Source: a virus. Taken from it: 46,817 bases of DNA. This document shows positions 7,415 to 17,012 of the stretch, one piece after another. A model generated the notes under the pieces. It made no database searches. It had not been told where the DNA came from and saw only the letters and a list, made by a program, of their open reading frames with translations. Both the position numbers and the translations under genes were made by a program. Within the stretch, counting starts at the first letter, position 1. Every line of letters starts with the position of its first letter. The stretch spans positions 1 through 46,817 of the IMG/VR virus record IMGVR_UViG_3300045988_073363; one strand, 5' to 3'.

Positions 7415-7924
7415 TTAGAAAAGTATGATTTGGTTTACTCCAACAAATTCCGATTTTCGATACATGGTCAAACGCCATTTGTTAGAACGTAAAGATAAAG
7501 TATCAGAAACATCATAATCTGTTCCAGATGTGCCGGTAATAACCCCGAATTTTTGCGTTTTGTAAGCCCCAGTGCTATCATCATAATAAGAAAGCAAATA
7601 GTCTCTGAGAGGACCAACGCCAGCTGCTTCTGCAGTAGATGCTAAAATCAATACCCCAGAAACAGAGACACGTTTCGGGAAGGTAATATCAATAATTGGG
7701 TCTTTGTTAGATGCTCCCATATATAGTGTGGAACCATTTGTAATATCGCCAAAACCGCCAAGAATTGTATTGCCATCAAATGCGTGCCACAGTGGAAATC
7801 TTGATTCGTCGTAATAGGTATTTGCTGCAATTGTGTAGCCATTTTGGCTGTTTGAACTCATTACAGGAATCAAACTCTTGCGAAATCTTTCCACTCCGCC
7901 CGGAATCCTCGGTGCTACACCCAT
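7415..7924 (-). CDS. Discoidin / F5-8 type C-like carbohydrate-binding protein; receptor-binding candidate.
   Basis: ORF track 7415..7948. WHAFDGNT is a motif typical of galactose-binding-like domains. The start is uncertain: ATG 7924 has GGGGG upstream, and ATG 7860 is also possible. Confidence 0.5.
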   Translation of the reverse strand: MGVAPRIPGGVERFRKSLIPVMSSNSQNGYTIAANTYYDESRFPLWHAFDGNTILGGFGDITNGSTLYMGASNKDPIIDITFPKRVSVSGVLILASTAEAAGVGPLRDYLLSYYDDSTGAYKTQKFGVITGTSGTDYDVSDTLSLRSNKWRLTMYRKSEFVGVNQIILF

Positions 7925-7986
7925 CAGCAGTACCCCCGCGCAGCACATGCCGCAGATTTCTTACAATGTTTCATGCTAAACCTCCA

Positions 7987-8715
7987 TCAACTTTGAATGA
8001 CCCACCGCGCCCGGATCTCGGCGGTAGGCTTTTTCTTTACCTTAACCAGCACAGAATTGTACGCCGTGACCGTCACGCCGTCGTTGATGATGTCCTGCAC
8101 TTCATTCAGCACATTATCGGTAGCGGGCACCCCGGTCTTGTCGTAGCCGATGCCGGACAAAAACTCGCTGGCAGCCGTTACCACCGGCGCATGTCTGTTC
8201 GCGCAGGTCAGCGTAGCCGTCTGCTGGTACAGCAGGTCTTTGGCCTGGTCGGCGCTGCTGCAAGCCGTCCACCCGTTCAGCGTAAGCCTGGCATAGTAGA
8301 TGTTGGAGACCTTGTCGATCGCCTTGAATATATCGGTCTGCCGCCCCTGCGGGTCGTATGTACTTTTCGCCAACGCGTCAACATCGTCTGCGGTCAGCAC
8401 AACAGCTCCGCTTTCGCCGTTCACACTTTGCACACCGGCAGAGACGGGAGTTTTCCACTCTGCATCAAAGTTGGCGCTACTCTTTTTCGTCAAGACCTGC
8501 CCAGAGATACCACCAGCAGGGATACCGTGTGTATCTCCGCCAGTGGACTGGTCAACCCACTTCAAATCGTAGTCGGTTGCAGACTTTTTAGCCAAAACCT
8601 GACCGGTTGAGCCACCAACAGGAACTTGGGCAGAACTATTCATGGTATCAGCCTTGTCGAGCAGGTCATCAATCTCTTTGCCAGTGTATTTGAGGTTGTA
8701 GCCTTGGTCAGCCAT
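7987..8715 (-). CDS. Tail fibre protein.
   Basis: ORF track, 242 aa. The repeated N-terminal motif GG.(S/I).GQVL.KKS....D..W (GGSTGQVLAKKSATDYDLKW / GGISGQVLTKKSSANFDAEW) is common in phage fibre N-termini. Confidence 0.65.
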   Translation of the reverse strand: MADQGYNLKYTGKEIDDLLDKADTMNSSAQVPVGGSTGQVLAKKSATDYDLKWVDQSTGGDTHGIPAGGISGQVLTKKSSANFDAEWKTPVSAGVQSVNGESGAVVLTADDVDALAKSTYDPQGRQTDIFKAIDKVSNIYYARLTLNGWTACSSADQAKDLLYQQTATLTCANRHAPVVTAASEFLSGIGYDKTGVPATDNVLNEVQDIINDGVTVTAYNSVLVKVKKKPTAEIRARWVIQS

Positions 8716-8951
8716 TATTCTTTCACCTCGTCTGTTTTATTGGAACCTGTATTCATTTCCAACGTATCTACGTGCAAATTCACTTTTTGACTAGCTTGCA
8801 GGTTGGCAATTTGCTCATTCTTTAACTCTGCATTAAGTTTCAAAAGAGCATTTTCAACAACCAAAGACTTGACCATAAGCGGCATTGTAGAGTTGTTGAT
8901 GACGGCAAACAGGTCGCGTTGCAGGTTCATAATTACTTCATTGTCACTCAT
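8715..8951 (-). CDS. Hypothetical coiled-coil protein of the tail module.
   Basis: ORF track, 78 aa. Translationally coupled to the downstream fibre gene (ATGA-type overlap at 8715). Confidence 0.6.
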   Translation of the reverse strand: MSDNEVIMNLQRDLFAVINNSTMPLMVKSLVVENALLKLNAELKNEQIANLQASQKVNLHVDTLEMNTGSNKTDEVKE

Positions 8952-8987
8952 AGTGTCTCCTTTACCATGCGTTGCCTTTATTGACAG

Positions 8988-10859
8988 TCATTCCCATGCG
9001 TTGTTTTGGTGGGCAGTCAGCAGATATTCCCAAGTGGGCTTTCCTTGTTCGTTTGTGTAGTTTACGCGGGACAAAGCCACGTTGTGGCCATCAATCCTTA
9101 AACGCTTACATTCAAGATAACCTAGACCATTCTCGCCGCCGATTGACAAGTGCCCCTCGCCAGAACCGTCCGACTCAAACATCATAAATGTTTTGCCGGA
9201 TGCGTTGCGCATAGCCATCTTAGCGCCGCCTTGGTCTGTATATATGTCTACACGCTTATCACTAGAGCCTTGGTCGCCGTAAACAGTGATGTGACCTAGC
9301 AGGTAAGAACCGCCAACGCCATCGGAATAAATTCTGACAGCGGGAGACCACTCACCAGATGAAACTTTTTGCGACAATGTAATTTCGCCATCGCCAACAA
9401 TAGCTTTACTGTAAGTTGTCTGCGAGGTTAGCGTGCCAGTAATGCTTACAGTGCCATCTTGCTTTAACTTGAAGTTATCAGAATCAACAACAAGCGTGTC
9501 ACCCTTGAATGTGATTGTGCCAGATTCAATGGTTACAGACGTTTGGTCAAGAGCGAACTTAGAACGAACATTGCCATCTGTAACGGCAGTCAATTCAAAC
9601 TTATCAAAAGTTTGTTTGAGTTGCGTGTGTTGAGTGCTTAGACCTCTGATGTCTTTCGTTGTCTGTTCAGCCTTTACGGTAAGGCCATCAACCGTTGCAG
9701 AAATTTCAAGAATCTTTTGCTTCGAGTTGTATTTGGCGTTATTCACCGCAGTGGTTGTGTTTCGGTTGATAGAACCTACGCTCTCAAACGTGCATCTGTT
9801 GCCGGAGCGCTTGACCGATGTAATCCAAGTGACAAACTTTCGCTTACCATCCGTTACCGTTACGATGTCGCCAGCACGAATATCAAGCGTTTCGGGAGTC
9901 TGAATGTTGGAACATGGCACATAGACCATGTTGTTCAAGCGGTCGTACAGATTCTTCACATACGGTCGTAGCGTTGCATCGGAATCAGTAACAAGCAGCC
10001 TGTTTGCGCTAATAACCAGAGCATTTGTGCCTGCCGCATCAGCGGGATAAATAACGCCCACATCATCATCCGACTGCTTAACTTGAACTTTATCAATTGC
10101 CGTAACGGTGAAGTCAGAGAATGCAAGCTGGCCAGAGAAGTACGGAGTGCTTTTCGGCTGATATACAACATCAGCTGTGCGGAGTCTAACAACCTGACGG
10201 TCGCGGAGAATCTTGTTCTCTTTATCGTATGCCGTCTTGTGGAAGTAAAGGCCATTAGACTCGTTCGTGGCAATGCTCAACTTCGAGTTAGTCACGTACC
10301 ACGCATACTCCAATTCACCATTGGCAGCTGCACGAATGAAGCACCCGGTAGCTTGTGCCACCATCTTCATCAGGTCACGGCCAGTAGAACTGTTTGCTGT
10401 GAACGCCTGTACGGAATAATCACCGTTGATAGGCGGGACATTCTTGAATGTCAGCCCACACTTTGCGGCAAGACTATTTGCAAATGCCTCAATCGTAATC
10501 GGGAAATTGAGCGAGTTCAGCCAATCAGCAACATCAATGTCCAGCTTTGCGATGTTATCGTAAGCAGTTACTTTGTATTTATTGCCGCCGTCTTTCTCCG
10601 GCTTTTCGCAAGTGTAAATGCCAATCTGGTGTTCAGTGCCAGTATCAGCATCAACCTTATAATAAGTCAGAGTTGAACCTTGTGCGATGGCAAGAGAGCC
10701 ATCAGAAGTAATCCAGAACTCAATGTCAATTGCATTGGCACATACAGCACCGGGCGTGATGTTATCGCTATCAGAGTTTACCTGTTCAGTCCAGCTAACG
10801 CTAACGATGTTGTCATACAAGACTGTGCCATCGGCTAACACGAACTTGTTATAGAACAT
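8988..10859 (-). CDS. Tail tip / tail-associated (Tal-like, prophage-tail family) protein.
   Basis: ORF track 8988..10865. The ATG at 10859 has GGTGA 6 nt upstream. Its 623-aa size and its position two genes after the tape measure fit this call. Confidence 0.55.
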   Translation of the reverse strand: MFYNKFVLADGTVLYDNIVSVSWTEQVNSDSDNITPGAVCANAIDIEFWITSDGSLAIAQGSTLTYYKVDADTGTEHQIGIYTCEKPEKDGGNKYKVTAYDNIAKLDIDVADWLNSLNFPITIEAFANSLAAKCGLTFKNVPPINGDYSVQAFTANSSTGRDLMKMVAQATGCFIRAAANGELEYAWYVTNSKLSIATNESNGLYFHKTAYDKENKILRDRQVVRLRTADVVYQPKSTPYFSGQLAFSDFTVTAIDKVQVKQSDDDVGVIYPADAAGTNALVISANRLLVTDSDATLRPYVKNLYDRLNNMVYVPCSNIQTPETLDIRAGDIVTVTDGKRKFVTWITSVKRSGNRCTFESVGSINRNTTTAVNNAKYNSKQKILEISATVDGLTVKAEQTTKDIRGLSTQHTQLKQTFDKFELTAVTDGNVRSKFALDQTSVTIESGTITFKGDTLVVDSDNFKLKQDGTVSITGTLTSQTTYSKAIVGDGEITLSQKVSSGEWSPAVRIYSDGVGGSYLLGHITVYGDQGSSDKRVDIYTDQGGAKMAMRNASGKTFMMFESDGSGEGHLSIGGENGLGYLECKRLRIDGHNVALSRVNYTNEQGKPTWEYLLTAHQNNAWE

Positions 10860-10893
10860 CGTCAATCACCTGCCAATCTCTCATACTTCTATA

Positions 10894-11289
10894 TTACGCT
10901 CCTGTGCCGATAATGTCAAACTTAAAATCACGATACAAACCATCGTAAAAATAAGCGCTGTACGCTGAGCCGCTTGACGTAGAGCAGTAGGCTTCAAATG
11001 TCTCCGGGGTTCCGTCCTCTTTCGGGCAAGTAAACTGGAATGTCTTGCCTTGAACAAGGTTGTTCATGTAAGCCATTTGTTCTCTTGTTACGGCCTTGTA
11101 AGAAAACTTCGCTTTAGGGATTCTTTGCTTTACCCACTCAATGTGCATAACTCCATCTTGCGTGCGGCCGGAACCCTCTGCGGCTATGGAGTTCCACTCC
11201 ATTTGAACTCCACCGTCCGCATCAGGCTCATACAGGGGAGAACCGTTGACAAAAAATTCTGTTGACATCTTTCTGTCAAGACTAGCCAT
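10894..11289 (-). CDS. Small distal-tail (Dit-position) protein.
   Basis: ORF track, 131 aa. Its start overlaps the tape-measure stop (TAATG). The call is positional only. Confidence 0.35.
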   Translation of the reverse strand: MASLDRKMSTEFFVNGSPLYEPDADGGVQMEWNSIAAEGSGRTQDGVMHIEWVKQRIPKAKFSYKAVTREQMAYMNNLVQGKTFQFTCPKEDGTPETFEAYCSTSSGSAYSAYFYDGLYRDFKFDIIGTGA

Positions 11290-14051
11290 TAGTATGCACC
11301 CCCGTTAATTACAGATTGCTTGCGTTCGTAGCGAGAAGCCGCACGACCGATTGTATCATCACCGATAGATACAGACATATCCTTGTTGTTAATAGCTTGC
11401 ACGACAGCCATACAGCCCTGCCAGAACACGTCTGCCATAGCTTGGTTGGCGTTCATTTGGGCTTCACCAACAGAAGATGCGTCAAGGCTTACAGACCCAT
11501 TCACGTTGCCAATGCCGAGCGCAGGAACACTCAACGCGGATTGCATACCAGCTGCAAGACGGCCAGTGGCAGCATAGACTAAGTTGGAATTATCATCAAT
11601 GCCATTAGCCAAGCCACGCATGAAGTCTGGCATCCACTGCTCATAGTTGCGAAGCGGCCCTTCGTCAGGACGAGAGAAGTGCAACAAACCAGTAATCTTG
11701 TCGGCAATAGTATGAATGGCGTTCCCAACAGCATCTTTTGCCCTTGTGATGCCATCAGCAAAGCCTTGAATCATATCTTTGCCCCACTTCAAAGCACTCT
11801 CAACAAGGCTCGACAGGTCACATTTCTTTTTGATGTCGCCTATGACATCGGTGACTTTACCAAAGAAAGCGCGAATACCGTTCACTAAGCCTTGGACAAT
11901 CATGTTGCCAAAGTCAGAGAACACTGTGGACGGAGAATGAATACCAAGTTCTTTTTTAAATCTGGCAGGGATTTCAAGTGCCCAATCAACAACTTCTTTA
12001 ATTGCGCGAGGAACACCCTCAACGATGCCCTTGATAAATCCGTCAATGATAGCACCAGCAGCATCAATGAATCCGTTCACCATTTCCTTGATTCCCTCGC
12101 CAACGCCATTAACGAAGTTGCGGAAAGTTTCAGAGTGCTTGTAAAGTGCAATAAATGCAGCGCCAAGAGCCGCGACAACGAGAATAACTGCGTTTAGAGG
12201 GCCACCAACAAGCATAACTGCGTATTGGACAAGGAAAATTGCAGTCTTTACGGCAGTGATGACCGTTATAGCAGTTCTAATAACGCCGATAACGCCAGTA
12301 ATAGCACCGACAACAATCGCAATTACGCCAACAATAGGAGCAATGACACCAATGACGTACCCAATCTTTTGAGAAATGCTTTGCACGGCATCGCTGTTTT
12401 GATTCAAGTAATCAGTTAAGGTGAAAATCTTTTCGAGAATCGGGCCAAATATATCTTCTGCAATGCCCCAGATAACACCCAGAGAATCAGAGAAGCCTTG
12501 AATAAAGCCGTCTGCGGCAGGTGCAAGAACATTGTTTATGATAGATGCAAGTAGCTGCATTGCGTTATCAAGGAACCACAACGCATCAGCAAACATCTGT
12601 GCACCAACACGACCCTCGCCAAAGAAGTTTTCAAGAATCGAGATGTCGATGGTAGTCATCAGATTTCCGATTGCAGAGAACAACTCTTGCGCACTGGCAA
12701 ACAGGCTATCCTTGTGCGAATCCCAGATTGACTTCATGTTGTCAAGAGCATCTTGCCAAGCCTTTTTCAGAGGGCTGACAATTGCTTCCATATCGGGAGT
12801 TACCTGCTCTTGGCTCCACATTGAACCGGGGTCGATGCCCATGGTAGAACCAGCGCCGGAACCAGATTGAGACTGCACAACTTCGAGTTCGTCAAACCCA
12901 GCAAGGAACGCTTTCTGCGCTTTAGAACCTTGTTTCAAAGAGTTCGCATAGTTGACATTGTTCTTAATTGCCTTGTTGTAGAACGAACGTCCAGTTAAGG
13001 CAGAAAGGAACTGCGACAGCATATTAAATGCGTTTGCAATCGCTGATGCCAGCATATTGAACGCAGGGGTCAGCAGAGAAATGATAGGCTCTACCGCAGC
13101 CATAATTGCGTTACGCATGAACAGCATGTTAGACGCAATCGAAGATACGTTATCGTTGAAGCTGGCAAGACTACCAGTAGCGCCAGTGTCGAACTGCTGC
13201 GACCAGATGGCCATGGCTTGTGTGGCTTGCATGGCGGCGTTCATAACAGACTTGATAGCGCCGCGAACTAAACGATAGAACGTAATATTTTTGATAGAGC
13301 GAGACAGCTGCGCAAAGAACGTGTCGTTCTTTTTGACAGCACCAGTTGCATCATTAGCGCTTCGACTAAAAAATCTAAGAGCAGTAGAAGCTTGGTTTGT
13401 ACTCTGCGTTGCAGTTTGTGACGCAAGAGAGCGCTGATATTCTGCGGCAGCTAATTGCTCTGCGGCTCGCATGGATTCTTCGGCAGCTGACAGGCCACCA
13501 AACATGCCAACATTATCGCCGCCAAGAGAGGATTCTGTGTCTTTAACAGCACTCTTAACGGCTCGTTTTAGCTGCTTAAAGCGGTCTAACTTCTTCGTTG
13601 CAGCGTCAAGCTGAACGCCAAGCGCATTGTATTCACTTGCAACAGATTGTGCGCTGTCGCTTGTTATGCCTTGTTCGATGCTAACTTTGCGATACTCAAT
13701 CATCAGCTGCGCCATCTGGGCTTTCAGATTCGTTACCTCTGACTTAGCCTGTCTAAACGCATTGTTGATTTGTTCCTGACGCTCTTTCACCTGCTCATAA
13801 GTAGCAGGGTTGGCTTTCGTTTTAGATACGGCGGCATCAGCAGAAGCTTTTGCGTCTTTCATCTTTTGAAAGCTATCAGCAACTTGGTCTACTTGTCCCT
13901 TTATGGCCTGACCAAATTGAGAGGACGCAATTGTTTTTGTAACGCTTGAAACAGTGCCGCCCAACTTAGAGAATTGATAGTTGAGCTGACCGAGAGCAGT
14001 AAGCGCTTGGTCAACTTTAGCGCTAATTTCAAATCCGAGTTCATCAGCCAT
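11289..14051 (-). CDS. Tape measure protein.
   Basis: ORF track, 920 aa. Long helical N-terminus, a central hydrophobic/Gly-Ala-Ile-rich block, and a position downstream of the chaperones. Confidence 0.85.
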   Translation of the reverse strand: MADELGFEISAKVDQALTALGQLNYQFSKLGGTVSSVTKTIASSQFGQAIKGQVDQVADSFQKMKDAKASADAAVSKTKANPATYEQVKERQEQINNAFRQAKSEVTNLKAQMAQLMIEYRKVSIEQGITSDSAQSVASEYNALGVQLDAATKKLDRFKQLKRAVKSAVKDTESSLGGDNVGMFGGLSAAEESMRAAEQLAAAEYQRSLASQTATQSTNQASTALRFFSRSANDATGAVKKNDTFFAQLSRSIKNITFYRLVRGAIKSVMNAAMQATQAMAIWSQQFDTGATGSLASFNDNVSSIASNMLFMRNAIMAAVEPIISLLTPAFNMLASAIANAFNMLSQFLSALTGRSFYNKAIKNNVNYANSLKQGSKAQKAFLAGFDELEVVQSQSGSGAGSTMGIDPGSMWSQEQVTPDMEAIVSPLKKAWQDALDNMKSIWDSHKDSLFASAQELFSAIGNLMTTIDISILENFFGEGRVGAQMFADALWFLDNAMQLLASIINNVLAPAADGFIQGFSDSLGVIWGIAEDIFGPILEKIFTLTDYLNQNSDAVQSISQKIGYVIGVIAPIVGVIAIVVGAITGVIGVIRTAITVITAVKTAIFLVQYAVMLVGGPLNAVILVVAALGAAFIALYKHSETFRNFVNGVGEGIKEMVNGFIDAAGAIIDGFIKGIVEGVPRAIKEVVDWALEIPARFKKELGIHSPSTVFSDFGNMIVQGLVNGIRAFFGKVTDVIGDIKKKCDLSSLVESALKWGKDMIQGFADGITRAKDAVGNAIHTIADKITGLLHFSRPDEGPLRNYEQWMPDFMRGLANGIDDNSNLVYAATGRLAAGMQSALSVPALGIGNVNGSVSLDASSVGEAQMNANQAMADVFWQGCMAVVQAINNKDMSVSIGDDTIGRAASRYERKQSVINGGAY

Positions 14052-14750
14052 CTACACCACCACCCTCTTTTTTGTGTTTTGCTTTTATCATCTTGTTCCA
14101 CTCCAAAGACCAAGCATAGAATCTTGCGGCATCCGCGTTCATCTTCTTGGTTTTTTCTTCCTCTGGTGTTGTGGTTAAGTTCAAGTTAAGCGGCTTTTCG
14201 GGATAGGACTTCTTGCCAAAAGAAGCGCCGAGCGCATAGGCAACATACATGCCGTTAAGCCATGCGGCAACATTGCTTGTTTCAAATTGCAACTCGGTTT
14301 TTACTTTGAAAGCATTAAAAAATGGTTGTAGCAAAAGAGGGTTGAGCGACCAGAATGTGTCATACCCAACCCCCATTGCTAACGCTTGCGGTAGCCACCC
14401 TTTATAGACGGCTTCACGCATATTTTTGTATTTTACGCTTTCTTTGCGGGAACTTTCTGCACAGTTGCTTTCCCCGCGTCCGCTTTCTTGGCGAGAGACT
14501 GAAAAAAACCGCTGTTTTCCATAGCATCAGACATTGCCTTAACCAGTTCGGTAATGTCGCCGCCATCCTCGACAAACTTCTCGATTTCCTCACCGGCTTC
14601 GTCAGGGGAGATGCCCAGACCGATAGCAACAAAACCGCGAAGCATGGACATGGTCTTGCGGTCTTCACCGAGAGACACGCCAATATCTTCGAGTTGGCAG
14701 ATTGTGTTAAACGTAATTTCGAGTTTCAACTCTTTGCCATTGATAATCAT
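14044..14750 (-). CDS. Tail assembly chaperone long form (GT-type), made by a -1 frameshift at the T7 slippery site.
   Basis: ORF 14044..14421 lies in the -1 frame relative to 14433..14750. I translated that -1 frame from the T7 site down to ATG 14421 and found no stop. There is no SD before ATG 14421. Confidence 0.6.
14433..14750 (-). CDS. Tail assembly chaperone short form (G-type).
   Basis: ORF track, 105 aa, acidic, lying between the major tail and tape-measure genes. Confidence 0.7.
   Translation of the reverse strand: MIINGKELKLEITFNTICQLEDIGVSLGEDRKTMSMLRGFVAIGLGISPDEAGEEIEKFVEDGGDITELVKAMSDAMENSGFFQSLAKKADAGKATVQKVPAKKA
14502..14508 (-). promoter_or_regulatory. -1 programmed frameshift slippery heptamer T_TTT_TTT.
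   Basis: Minus strand reads ggt ttt ttt cag in the zero frame (plus-strand A7 at 14502-14508). Both Phe codons re-pair perfectly in the -1 frame. Confidence 0.55.
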
Positions 14751-14822
14751 AATTTGTTCTCCTTGTCAAATATGACTTAGCGTAAATATTGTAAAGCGCT
14801 CTCACCTCGTCCAACTAAGGAC

Positions 14823-14879
14823 GCAAGGCACGGGGCGAGGGGAGATTCCCCTGCAAACCCCGTAAGGAGAACGCCTTGC
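14823..14879 (-). promoter_or_regulatory. Long nested hairpin downstream of the major tail gene; attenuator or mRNA-stabiliser candidate.
   Basis: Three nested perfect stems: gcaaggc/gccttgc, acgggg/ccccgt and agggga/tcccct. No trailing T-run. Confidence 0.5.
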
Positions 14880-14887
14880 TGCGTTTA

Positions 14888-15307
14888 TCAGGCAGAGGGC
14901 TTCGTGGTAGAAACCTCGCTGTCGCAAGTGATAACAATTTTTGCTTCCACAACAGAACCAGTGCCAGTGCCGGAAACGTAGGTAGTGACCTGCCCAGCGA
15001 AGTAGAAAGAACCCTCGCCGCCAGCACCATCGTTACCGAAGTCCAGCTCAAAGTAGTGAGTTGCGTTGTCATCCAGAGCCGCAACTTTTGTGAAGTCGGC
15101 CTTGGTGTAGTTGTAGGTGAACTCAAAACTGCCAGTGTCTTGCAGACCTTGGATATAGCGCTTCATCTTGTCACGCAGAGTGGTGACTTCGATGGTATCA
15201 GGAGCGGAACCCAAATCAGGGAAGTCCTTGACGGGAACCAGTTCTGCGTAAGTGCCAGCCTTGGTATCGGAAGTTTTGAGGACAATATTATAACTGGAAA
15301 TAGCCAT
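14888..15307 (-). CDS. Major tail protein.
   Basis: ORF track, 139 aa. Lies directly upstream of the chaperone pair. VPVKDFPDLGSAPDTIEVTTL resembles TP901-1/phi13-type major tail proteins. Confidence 0.7.
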   Translation of the reverse strand: MAISSYNIVLKTSDTKAGTYAELVPVKDFPDLGSAPDTIEVTTLRDKMKRYIQGLQDTGSFEFTYNYTKADFTKVAALDDNATHYFELDFGNDGAGGEGSFYFAGQVTTYVSGTGTGSVVEAKIVITCDSEVSTTKPSA

Positions 15308-15313
15308 TTACTA

Positions 15314-15718
15314 TTACCCCCTAAAGGTCGTATCTGTTGATGTGTCGATAATGGCCGTGAAGCGCATCACAACACGCTCGTATTTTTGTGTCTTGTCTCC
15401 CATGTTTGGATTGTACGAATCCATCTGAAAGCCAAGCCCTTGCATCGCGTTAGACACAAGCAAGGAAATTTGAGTTGCTTGAACTCGGTCGTTGTCGCCT
15501 TGCGTATACACGTTCACATCAAAAGCGTATCTCGCATGATGCCAGCCAGCTGAATCATAAGTCTGACTTAACAGGCTGTTATCAATCTGGGTAACAATCA
15601 CGGCGGGATAATGCGCATCGCCTTTGTTGTAACCTGCATACACTCGGACGTTCTCAACGTCCTTAAGTTTCGAGAGAAGATACTTGCGAATATCAATCTC
15701 GTAGTTCTTGATGTCCAC
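15314..15718 (-). CDS. Tail completion / terminator-like protein (DUF3168-like).
   Basis: ORF track, 134 aa. GTG start with AAGGAGAAG upstream. Call based on position and size. Confidence 0.5.
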   Translation of the reverse strand: MDIKNYEIDIRKYLLSKLKDVENVRVYAGYNKGDAHYPAVIVTQIDNSLLSQTYDSAGWHHARYAFDVNVYTQGDNDRVQATQISLLVSNAMQGLGFQMDSYNPNMGDKTQKYERVVMRFTAIIDTSTDTTFRG

Positions 15719-15720
15719 GA

Positions 15721-16305
15721 TTACTTCTCCTTTAACTCAATTCCGTTTTGCTGAAAGTAATACTTAGCCAACTTAGCGCCGTTGTCATCAAAGTATTTCT
15801 TAGCGTCATACATTTGATGTTGCGACGCTTGGCCGCACGTGAAGATGTGCTTAGAGCCATCTCTAGCTGTGTAAGGAATTTCACCGGGCGGAATCCATTG
15901 ACCATAAGGGACAATCAAACCACTTGTGTAATGTTCCTCTTGGCTGGAATGTGGGCCTGTGTTGTAACCAGAATAAGGGAGCGAACCCTCTGGTTGTGGC
16001 CCATCAGCAGGGTATGGATGGTCTTGACCATTTAAACCAGTGCCGTACTCAACATAAATTGCACGTTCATCCGTGTTTTTTATACGAGTACGGTAATATT
16101 TGCCTGACTTTTGCGGTGGCTCCATATCAGCTGTCTTTGCCAAAGAGCCGGGGAGCGAGAACTTATAACGGTCGAAAGTCTTTTCTGTCGCATAATCTAG
16201 AGCGCCTTGCGTGTGCTTTTCAAGGTCTTTTGCAAGAAGTTCATACTGCTTGGCAAGAGCCTTAATGTTCTTTACACCAAGCCAAGTTCTTCTTACTTGT
16301 GCCAT
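15721..16305 (-). CDS. Neck / tail-component protein (HK97 gp10-like position).
   Basis: ORF track, 194 aa. The call is positional. Confidence 0.4.
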   Translation of the reverse strand: MAQVRRTWLGVKNIKALAKQYELLAKDLEKHTQGALDYATEKTFDRYKFSLPGSLAKTADMEPPQKSGKYYRTRIKNTDERAIYVEYGTGLNGQDHPYPADGPQPEGSLPYSGYNTGPHSSQEEHYTSGLIVPYGQWIPPGEIPYTARDGSKHIFTCGQASQHQMYDAKKYFDDNGAKLAKYYFQQNGIELKEK

Positions 16306-16311
16306 AGAATC

Positions 16312-16656
16312 TCACCTGCGCTTTAGACCAATTCGGACTTGGTTGATGCTATCTGCAACACGGTCAACAACCAGATTCGGCTTGCCGTCACTAGGTTTCT
16401 TATTGTGCCAGATAAGAGTTTTGCCCTCTGTGAATTGCAGAGGTTCATACTCTTTAGCTGTGACAATAATCACGAAGTTGTAGTTAGCCCAAATGCCGTT
16501 TTCCGTGCCGTAGGCATAGCCAGTAGGAGCGGAAATGTTGACCATTACAGATACAGGCTCGGAGTATTCGTATACATCGTTGCCCGTTTCATCCTCACCC
16601 ACAACAGTAGGGTTGGAGAACCAAATCTCTCGCTTGTTTCGTTCAAGACTTCGCAT
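16312..16656 (-). CDS. Head closure / head-tail adaptor protein.
   Basis: ORF track, 114 aa. Overlaps the upstream connector gene by 14 nt. Confidence 0.5.
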   Translation of the reverse strand: MRSLERNKREIWFSNPTVVGEDETGNDVYEYSEPVSVMVNISAPTGYAYGTENGIWANYNFVIIVTAKEYEPLQFTEGKTLIWHNKKPSDGKPNLVVDRVADSINQVRIGLKRR

Positions 16657-16996
16657 TGCTGCTCACCGCCTTGGGAACGCCACAGAAAGGAACCACATTG
16701 CTAATGATGAAGTCCTCGATACTCTGATAAGTACGATTTACACCATTCTCGCCATGTGAGGTTTCACCCTCTGCGCCACGTTGGTTGTACATGCGTTCAG
16801 CAACTTCAACTTGGAGAAAACTGTACCGGGACGGCACATCTTCGTTGGTAGAACCGTAAGGATATACCGCCCGGACAATCTTCTTACCAGATTGAGTGAG
16901 CAACAGAGTCAGGAGTTCATCTTCGTCTGTGTCATCAATGCCGAGCATGATTTTCAGTTGTTGAAGTTTTTCTTCCATAACTCTGTCCTCGCTCAT
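16643..16996 (-). CDS. gp6-like head-tail connector protein.
   Basis: ORF track, 117 aa. LKIMLGIDDTDEDELLTLLL resembles the gp6-like connector N-terminal motif. Lies immediately after the capsid gene. Confidence 0.6.
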   Translation of the reverse strand: MSEDRVMEEKLQQLKIMLGIDDTDEDELLTLLLTQSGKKIVRAVYPYGSTNEDVPSRYSFLQVEVAERMYNQRGAEGETSHGENGVNRTYQSIEDFIISNVVPFCGVPKAVSSNAKS

Positions 16997-17012
16997 TTAA
17001 CTTTGGCTTAGA

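Noticed and set aside
14461-14475. GGGGAAAG near the end of the chaperone gene as the frameshift site.
   Set aside because: In the actual zero frame (gcg ggg aaa gca), the A-site codon would not re-pair after a -1 slip. The upstream T_TTT_TTT at 14502-08 fits the canonical model and the -1 frame is open from there.
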